Below, piece after piece: positions 55,533 to 64,000 of a stretch of 64,000 bases of DNA (the first letter of the stretch is position 1; each line of letters begins with the position of its first letter). Below the pieces are notes generated by a model, which saw nothing but the letters and a program-made list of their open reading frames with translations, ran no database searches and was not told where the DNA came from. Both the position numbers and the translations under genes were made by a program. Origin of the DNA: Octopus sinensis (taxonomy: Eukaryota); contig NC_042998.1 of assembly GCF_006345805.1 (NCBI RefSeq), positions 186,682,001 through 186,746,000 on the forward strand. Reading direction: 5' to 3'.

Positions 55533-55572
55533 TGTATGTATGTATGTATGTACGTACGTATATGTATGTATG

Positions 55573-55604
<32 letters not shown>

Positions 55605-55735
55605 TGTATGTATGTATGTGTGTGTATGTATGTATGTATGTATGTATGTATGTATGTATGTATGTATGTATGTTGTATGTATGTATGTATGTATGTATGT
55701 ATGTATGTATGTATGTATGTACTTACGAATGTATG
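55331..55735. repeat. (TATG)n microsatellite
   Basis: Direct inspection. Confidence 0.95.
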
Positions 55736-56588
55736 ATTGTACAAGCACTGCCCTAAAATCGTCCGTTCGTCCGTTCGGCTATCATACTCCTTGCTTACTA
55801 AGCTAGAGCGGTATCCCTCAAATATGTTCCTTTTCCCAGGCCTCCTGACTTGAACAGGCTTATACAGTAGATAGTAGACCTGAAACGCTGCACCCACAAA
55901 ACGTTTCTTGGGTTCCTCCTCTGCCAATAAACGTCGCCCGGGTTGATCGCCCTCACTTCCCGGCTACTCTGCTATTATTTATCTTACTTTGGGACTTTAT
56001 TAATGTACGCAATTATAAAACATAATTCAAATATATATAGACACCTCTAAATATTCGGACATGAGTACATTTTTTTACTGAATTCCATTAGACTTTGGAA
56101 ATGAAAAAAAAAAAATTCTCACCTAATTTTTAAGGGCACGTGCCATAAAATGCTCCAATAATAATACATTGTATGCGAACATTGCTTTTATTAATTGTAG
56201 CTTTGCCTAAAAATAGGCTTGAATAGAAGAATAATTTATTGGCGAAAATTAATAAACAGTAAACCATTTACGTGCGCAGAATATTGTCACTATGGGTTGA
56301 AATCCACAGGAGAGCGTGATATCCTTGCTGGCGAGTTTCTTTCTCTCTTTCGCTCTTTTGTTTGTAAACAAACCGACGGTTGTTCACAGCACGGCGCCAT
56401 CATACAAAAACAGCTTTTAAAGAGAATTTTAGTATTTGAAAGTCTCTCTCTCTCACCTTCTTTCTCTCTCTCTCTTTCTCTCTTCTTCTCTCTCTCCCTC
56501 TCTCTCTCTCTTTCTCTTTCTCCTTCTCTCTCTCTCTCTGCACACACACACAAACATACATATATTCACACATACACGTACATACATA

Positions 56589-58850
56589 TGTAGGGATTTG
56601 CTCAAGGATTTATGACAGACGAGCTATATAGACAGGAACTTTGCTGCAGGCTAGCTAGGCAGTTGGTCTGCGGCGTAGTGGACTTCCGGTTAAGCGGGCT
56701 TAAATGAAGCAGGAGTTGACTGGCGGCTGTCGCCCTCATGCGTTCCACTAAATAAATCCTTGGATCTTTTCGGTTCGAACGGCAGTTTTTAACATAATTT
56801 CTAGGTAACTAAAAAATTTTAAACTTCGTATACTGGTAGAATGTGTTTATAAAACATCTTTTTCTCTTGGCTTTATTGAGTGAATTCTATAGTTTGTAAG
56901 ATATTTGTTGTTGTTTTTTCTTCAATTTCTACAATGTCAACCAATCAATGACGTCCATTGAGGTAAAAACATCCTGTGCCGTATGAATATGTCCCTCGTT
57001 TAAGAAACAGATTGGGTTTATTTACATTTGTGAAGTAAAAAAGATACCCTTCTCCCCACCCCTAACCCTAACCCTAACCCTAAAACAAATTGAAATGCAA
57101 TAGATCGATACTAGGGTCATAATTATGGGTGACAATTTCATATGACACCGCTAGAAAAAACTGCCGTTCAAACCGAAAAGATCCTAATCTTTCACTAACA
57201 CATTCTGGATCTCCTTTAATTTTTTGTGTATAGCTTAACTAAAGCTATAGCTGGTGACCCTACAGAAGAACAACAGCTTTCGCTTCGCACATTTGAGTAA
57301 ACAGAAAATCAAAGAAACATGACAAGCCATTACACAACAGCTCTAAAGCTACCACAATTCTGGCCGAAATGGGTTGAGCTATGGTTCGCGCAGGCGAAGG
57401 CGCAATTTAACATACGCAAAATAACTTCAGACCTAACGAAATATTCGTACGTAGTAAGGGCACAGTATGAGGACACGACAACGAGGGTGCAGGACATTTT
57501 AATCCAAACGCTAGTAACGCACAAATACACTACATTACAAAGACAGGCTGGTGGATACATTCTGGTGGAGCGACCAAGAAGCGGCAGCCAAGGTACCGGA
57601 GGAAGAATTAGGTGATTCCAAGCATTCGGAGTTGATGGACAAGATGTTGGCATTAGTTTCCCCCGGTGAGTCACCTTCCCTTTTGTTTAGGGAAATATTC
57701 TTCCGCAAGTTACCACCCCAGGTTCAGGCCCTCATAACTCAGACCGAGATCAAGGATTCGCGGCAGTTAGCGAAAGCAGCCGACAAACATTTTTTATCCA
57801 GAGGTGTTATGGTCAATGCCATAGCGTCGGCCCCAAGACATGGTAGAGTCAAGCAAGACAACCAGTGCTTCTACCGCACAAAGTTCAGGGAAAAGGCTAT
57901 GAAGTGCAAACAACCATGTAGCTTCAGGACCCTTGGCCATCGACCCCGGGAAACTCCAGGGACGGCCGCCATTGAATATTCTAGTGGCCGGCAAACACGA
58001 TCAACTGTTCCCCTATGTCTGCGATCGAACACAGGAGCAGAAGTCAGCGTGGTCTCAGTGTCGGCGAGGGACCTCCGTTACAGAAAGCGGGGACAATCTT
58101 TAACGGCCGCTAACGGCTCCACAATCGAGGTGTAGGGTCGCCGCATCCTTTCTCTCAATATCGCCTCACAAAAATACACATTGGCATTCACCATTGCCGA
58201 TGTCCATCAGCCCAGGAGCACACATAAAACAGCTAAGAACTACACTTACTGGCACTTAAGGTACCTTTAGCGGAGTCCACTTTTTTGCGTACATTCGGTC
58301 CATATCTCTGATTTAAAGATACCCTCCTCCCTCCCCATCACTTTTAAAGGCTCTGTGCGGGTTCATAGGCACTGTTTTCCCTCTCGAAGATGAAAAATCT
58401 AGCTCTGGTGATTTTAAACTGAAACTAGTGTTAGTCCCTCACTTACAAAACCCCAGAGATTCGAAAGGGAAATCTAAAGAAATGTTACCAATTACTTGGA
58501 AAGCAAACAAAAAAAATCTTGGTTATTGCAATTATATTTCAAGATTGGCTTGCTATTCATTTTGTTCCCGCAGTTAAAGAATATTGTTCTAGGAATAATT
58601 TATCATTCAAGTCGTTAATGGTTTTCTATAATGGTTCTTTATCCTGAAATTAAGATGGTATTTTGCATCCAAATTTATCTCAGTTGAAATTTATCCAAAT
58701 CTTAAACAATAATATCATCCACCAACAACATCACATGACGAAATTTATTAAACATGCTTTCAAAGCAACTGATAAACAAGATGACCTCAACTTAAAAAGA
58801 GTTCTGGAAAGGATACAATATCTGGCCTATGTTTTGTCGTCAATGCTGCA
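56589..58850 (+). mobile_element. Degenerate Ty3/gypsy LTR retrotransposon (putative 5' LTR, PBS-like site, gag-protease, RT remnant)
   Basis: TGTAGG start, AATAAA near 56751 and TGGTGACCC near 57250. Gag reads LKLPQFWPKWVELWFAQAKAQF with a CFYRTKFREKAMKCKQPC knuckle. The protease-like part reads NTGAEVSV...LTAANGSTIEV, and DDLNLKRVLERIQ is RT-like. Frameshifted. Confidence 0.8.
56762..57184 (-). mobile_element. TTAGGG-bearing MITE nested in the putative LTR
   Basis: Both TIRs, (CCCTAA)3-4, and degenerate 8-bp TSD AAATCCTT/TAATCTTT. Confidence 0.9.
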
Positions 58851-59779
58851 CTTTCCTGTATCACGTGTTTCAACATAACTATAATATATATATATAGACA
58901 AACTATGCCATTTTAATCTCGAACAACGCCGGGTATCTCTGCTAGTATTGTATAATTATACTAATAGATATGTTTATTAATGAATTAAGCTTTATTGTCC
59001 TTAATGTTTCTCGTTGTATGTTATAGGCCGGAGGAATAATACGAACATAATTGTCCGTATGCTCAGGCGACACAAATTCTCCAGAGAAACCTCAATAATT
59101 CACACAGAGTCAGAATTCTTAATTAAAAAGTCAAGGATTGGCAAAGACTCACTCACTATGATGCTAACTCAATCGCTCAAATACACTGCTTCTTCTGTCT
59201 TTTCTGTTTTTCTCGTATTTCAGCGACTTCATTTCAACTGCATATCTGCTCACTATTTCTACCCAGGCTCAACCAATGGATAAGTAGCTCTTCGTCATGT
59301 CATCCCGGTTTTGTCTCGCCACTAAAATTTTGTGTGGTTTTCCCTCCATAACTCAAGGTTCCTCTGAGGTCCATTCTCTAGTTACGTTTTTCATACAGGC
59401 ATTAATTTACAAAAATCGGAGCTAAACTTCGATTGAATCGACATCACCAGATTCGGTGAACTTGCAAGAAGAGTGAGCATCACTTTTCCCCCACTGTACT
59501 TCTGTCGAAACGAGAGCTCGGTAACGGGAGGGTTGGGTTGTTGGCCCACAATAGGCTACTGAAATGTTTACTGTGGACCTGGTAACTTTTTCTAAAAAAA
59601 AAAAAAAATTTCAAATTTATTTGAAGGCCATTGAGCTTTTAGATAGTCTTTTGCATCATGATTTGCTTGATTCTTGCTTAGATAAGCATTGCCAGTGGTG
59701 AAACTGGTGTGTGTGAGAAATACGTGGGGGATAGTTTTATATGTGAGATATGATATATTAAACATATGGGCCAAGAAGA

Positions 59780-60060
59780 AAATATAACAGGAAGAGAAGC
59801 TATCACGTGTCATTCTCTCAGCCCAAAACACAGACTGTTTTGCAATCAACAATGAAGTACTGACGCTCCTTCCACGTAATTCTCAAAAATATTTTCACAA
59901 GAGATAAATCAGTGACGACCAACTGGAAGTTGAATGCGCTCTACTGAATTTCTGAACTCATTCACTCCTTCTGGAATGGCATTAAATGTTCTAATTTTGA
60001 AAACTTTTGTGTTCTCAGTCTTAATCAAAACTGTGTCGAACCTTCACTAATAAGTGGTAT
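59780..60060 (+). pseudogene. Helitron PIF1-like helicase fragment
   Basis: Translation with frameshift gives KLSRVILSAQNTDCFAINNEVLTLLP...TEFLNSFTPSGMALNVLILK, matching the RepHel helicase RAILxPxN...INxxVL...PTEFLNSLxPSG motif. Confidence 0.75.
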
Positions 60061-60394
60061 CACAACTAGACGACGAGTTTTGATACCTAGAATCTGAATG
60101 TCATCAAATGGTATCACATTTATAGGCGCAGGCTTCCTACATTTGCTTCCTAACCACATGGTTCTGTGATCAGTCCCACTGCGTAGCACCTTGAGCGAGG
60201 GCCTTCTACTATATCCCCGGGCCGACCGAAGCCTTGTGAGTGGCTTTAGACAAAATCAATTGAAAGTTGTTTTAAAAATACAAGTGACCATCCAAATACT
60301 GCACATTCTCTATCACAAAGGATTTATTATGCCAATAACTTTGTCGTCCTTGGAAATTGCTTTTGCTTTTGCCATATCACGAGTTTGGTTAGAA

Positions 60395-61543
60395 TTGGGT
60401 CATCTCACGGGATAAACTACCTGCATCAACTTGCAGTAAAAGTAGGTAGACATTTTACCTTGTAGTTATTCTTAGTGCAAATTTGAAGAGTGTGGTTCGA
60501 GTTTAACAGATATTTTTTTCAAAGCTATAATGGAAGTGACAAAGGAATATATTCGGCATATTTTGCTTTATGAGTTCAATAACAGCAACAACGCAACAGA
60601 ATGTGCGAGGAATATTAATGCAGTCTTTGGGGATTGGACAATAAGCTGGAAGATCTGTAGAGCTCGACTTGGACGTCCTGCAAACCCTGGAGGAAAAAAT
60701 CCCATCGTATTTGTTGAAGAACTAGCAGAGAAGCTTGGTTTGATCATTCAACCATTCATCGACGCCTGCGTGCGTCGCAAAAGTCAGCAAATTGGGTCAA
60801 TTGGTTCCTCACAAACTTTCCAAGTCTAATCGCGCGCAGAGTAAATGTATGCTATTCTTTACTATCACATCTCACGAATGAACCTTTTTTGGATCGAATA
60901 GTGATTAATGACGAGAAATGGGTTCTCTATAAAAATGTCAAGCGCCGAAGACAGTGGGTAGGGAAACAAAAAACACTGGCACCCAAGCTAAAACGGGTCT
61001 TCACCAACGTAATGTGTTATTATCTGTTTGGTGGGATATGAAAGGTTTGGTCAACTTTGAACCTTTAAACCCAAATCAAACGATAACAAATGCGATCTAC
61101 TGTGAGCAACTTGAGCGACTTAAGTCAACGGTAGAAGAAAAATGACCATATTTGGTTTCAAGACGAAAGGTGTTCTTCCATCAGGATAATGTTCGGCTAC
61201 ATACAGCGAGGAGGACATTCCAAAGGCTGGAGCAGTTTGAATGGAAAACGATGCCACACCCAGTATTCGCCGGACATTGCCCCATCTGATTTTCATTTAG
61301 TCCGCAGTCTTCAAAATCATTTGGATGGAAAAAATATGAATTCTGACGAGGCCAGAGCTATACTGGAGGAGTATTTTTCGTTACAAACAAGTAAATTGTA
61401 GAAGAAGGTCTTGAAAGTCTAGTAGATAGATGGAAGAACATTGTAGAAAATGAAGAAGAGTATATTTTAGATTAAAAAAGAACTTTATCTTGATTTTGAA
61501 AAGTAAAAGTAAAAAAGACCGTATTATTTATGGGATGACCCAA
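60395..61543 (+). mobile_element. Degenerate mariner (D,D34D) transposon
   Basis: TIR remnants TTGGGTCATC/GATGACCCAA with TA on the right. Transposase pieces are MEVTKEYIRHILLYEF, RIVINDEKW, VLLSVWWD, HQDN and YSPDIAPSDFHL; stops and frameshifts present. Confidence 0.9.
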
Positions 61544-61745
61544 TATATGTGTGTGTGCGCGCGCGCGTGTCAGTGTGTGATATTCTTGTTTTTCGATGTT
61601 GTATAAGGTATGTAAATAGTGCGAAAATAAGACCGGAAATTACTAGTCAGGTAATTAGAGCAGAAAATATCTGCCTGGTACTGACCGGCACTTAGAAGTT
61701 GGGAGCCTCGGGTACTTAATGTATTTATAAGACTGAGTGTAGACA

Positions 61746-61746
<1 letters not shown>

Positions 61747-61806
<60 letters not shown>

Positions 61807-61830
61807 TAATAATAATAATAATAATAATAA
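61747..61830. repeat. (AAT)n microsatellite
   Basis: Direct inspection. Confidence 0.95.
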
Positions 61831-62005
61831 AATAAAGAAATAAATAAAGAAATGTTAAGAACTTATAGCGTGTCGACAACACTACTTGAATGGTAGAGAA
61901 TGTCAAATTAGAAGCAAGGGAAAAATATAATGAAATACAGGCATATATAAGTATGCATACACATGCAAAAGTTTACACATGCACATACGCATATCCACAC
62001 ACATA

Positions 62006-62223
62006 CGCGGATGTGCTGAAAAGTTCCTGGCTCTGGATAAGAGAAAATACAGTGGGATCAGTTAATTATTATTTTATTCAACATATTTCCCTCTCAGATC
62101 CTCATACTTATTACAGTGGTCTTTCAGTTTTTTATAAGTCATGTAAAAGAACTCGGAAGATTGAACCTCCAACCAGGCTTTTTACGATACCCTTAAAGTC
62201 AGGAACCTTTCAGTACCCTCTCG
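62006..62223. mobile_element. Short mariner-type MITE
   Basis: Imperfect TIRs CGCGGATGTGCTGAAAAGTTCCTGGCT / AGTCAGGAACCTTTCAGTACCCTCTCG, with TA on the left. Confidence 0.65.
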
Positions 62224-62289
62224 CATAAGCATATATAGGATACAATCTTTCATAGACACAGCGGTTACAGTAGGAATTCAAATACTTTA

Positions 62290-63200
62290 ACGTCAAAATC
62301 TGTCATGGCGTCTTTTGTATCAGCGTTGCGCCAATTTTGGGCATTCGCTAACGATGTGCCACACAGTTTCACCCCTGTCACCACACATTCTGCATTTGTC
62401 ACTGTCGATAGTGTTGTCAATTCTGCACTTCACATACTTGGTCCTTAATGCTTGTTCTTAAGCTGCGCATTTGAGTGTTTCTGTCACCATCTTCAGGTCA
62501 CTTCTTATCCATACCCACCAGTACTCTGTATCTGTCTTGGCGTTCACATCTCTTGCAAACTGACCGTGCATTTTTCCCTTCCATGCATTTTCTTTTTTAT
62601 GTGTTCGTTTCTTCTTTAAATTTTTCTTTCATTACACAATTTTCAGTTTGACGATGCCGACCTTCTTCGTAAGTTTCAACAATGGCACCACAGCATTTTT
62701 TAAACACCACCCTAAGATGTTTTCCTCTGCTTCGATACAGTCCTGGCAACTGATCAAACCTCACACACCCTTTCTTCTAGACAAGTACAGCCTGTCGGTA
62801 TCACTCTTCCGGTGGAAGGCTCCGTGTACTGTCACCATTTTTCTGGGATTGCTATTCATTTTCATTACTTCTCTCACTCTCTTTTGCCATTTTACAAATC
62901 CTGCTCCATACCGAAGGAATGCTTTCGTCCACGTATTAACTGGATTTTATTCCGTTCGGACAATTTTGAGTGGACACCAACCTTAGTCTTCGGAAATATT
63001 CCATCCTAAGCTGCTCTTTTAATTCCTTCTCCATTATCTCGTTGAACCAAGGTATTTGTGGCCTTCCGTTTCAATTTATTTAATCAAGTCTCCATTCGGG
63101 AATTAAATCCCTTCTTGGGACAGTACCTTGCCTCTTTTTAGGTAGATTATTCCGCACTTCTTGAGTCCCAATTCCATTCTAAAATCAGCACTCGCACTCT
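62290..63200 (-). pseudogene. R4/Dong-like REL LINE fragment (RT C-terminus to CCHC knuckle)
   Basis: Minus-strand translation gives DFRMELGLKKC, YGAGFVKW, HRKSDTDRLYLSRK and CRMCGDRGETVWHIVSECPKLAQR*YKRRHD. Confidence 0.8.
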
Positions 63201-63209
63201 TGAGTCCAA

Positions 63210-63266
<57 letters not shown>

Positions 63267-63267
<1 letters not shown>

Positions 63268-63745
63268 CTGATAGGATTTATGTGGGTAGCGGATTACTAC
63301 CTGTTACCTTAGGTATCCACAAGTTTTCAACAGTCTTTTTTCAACAGTCTTTCAAGTGCTTAGAACCCCCCCCCCCCGATAATCCTTGCTGTCCCTTAGA
63401 GACAAACTTTCTGCAGGAGCTCTAACGGGCATTCAATTCTAATCTTCTTCAATCATTTGTCCATATCTTTGCTTATTGTTCCAACGTACCAGTTATTACA
63501 GGCACGACCTTTTCTGTTCTTTTGCTCCAAGTTCTTCTTATTTCAAATTTCAAAGGACTGTATTTTCTTTTTCTTTCTTTTTTGTTGTTTCTCGTCCTCT
63601 TTCTTTACGATCCTGGAATCAAACGGACATGATGGGTCGATCAGTAAGTAACTTCGTTTTTCCTTATCTATAATTGTTATGTCCGGTCTATTATTTTCGG
63701 CCATTGGTATCGACTTACTCCCTTCCTTCAAAATTGTTGATCTTG
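63267..63745 (-). pseudogene. R4/Dong-like LINE 3' end (restriction-like endonuclease) with (TAA)n tail at 63211-63266
   Basis: NNRPDITIIDKEKRSYLLIDPSCPFD (PD..D REL motif), later LLQKVCL*GTARII, then (AAT)n on the minus strand. Confidence 0.8.
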
Positions 63746-64000
63746 TGCTTAAATCAGATATGATAATTATTATCATTATTGATTTATTATTTCAGTTTGT
63801 GAGGAATAATCGATTTTAAAAAAATCCTTCCCTAGTCACATAGACTCATAAGGCTGGTTTCCGTGACGTATATATATCTCTGTCTGGATAGGACGCAAGT
63901 CCGTCTCAGGAATACTTATTTTGGCCAGCTGAGTGGACTGAAGTAATGTGAAATGAAGTGTTTTGCTCAAGAACACAACGCATCACCCGGTCCAGGAATC

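Noticed and set aside
55840-55915. Hammerhead-like CTGACTTGA...CCTGAAACG
   Set aside because: The core has extra nucleotides and helix I does not pair adjacent to the core.
58920-58946. Complete Helitron
   Set aside because: Only the 3' terminal hairpin-CTAG motif is recognisable; no supportable 5' boundary.

Overview
AT-rich, repeat-dominated animal DNA that looks like an octopus (coleoid cephalopod) genome. This is inferred from the tRNA-derived SINE families, the TTAGGG motifs and the abundant (ATAC)n/(TA)n/(CA)n satellites, not from a database match. No intact multi-exon gene could be assembled, and nearly all long ORFs in the track are microsatellite translations. Recognisable content is three abundant SINE families, a ~420-bp MITE family (GG-ended TIRs, 8-bp TSD, internal (TTAGGG)n), a hAT MITE, mariner remnants, Helitron pieces, RTE, Tx1/L1-like, R4/Dong-like and Penelope-like retroelement fragments, and a degenerate Ty3/gypsy LTR element. 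The most notable non-routine structure is a ~1.6-kb ancient imperfect palindrome centred near 9439. Its right arm has expanded a 42-bp unit 13 times into an open, highly acidic (DNDESEVDVDRIEV)n reading frame. Also notable are hammerhead-ribozyme-like motifs, a direct-plus-fold-back repeat at 30.4-31.4 kb, an apparent GGTATTT target preference of one SINE family, and several isolated candidate exons.
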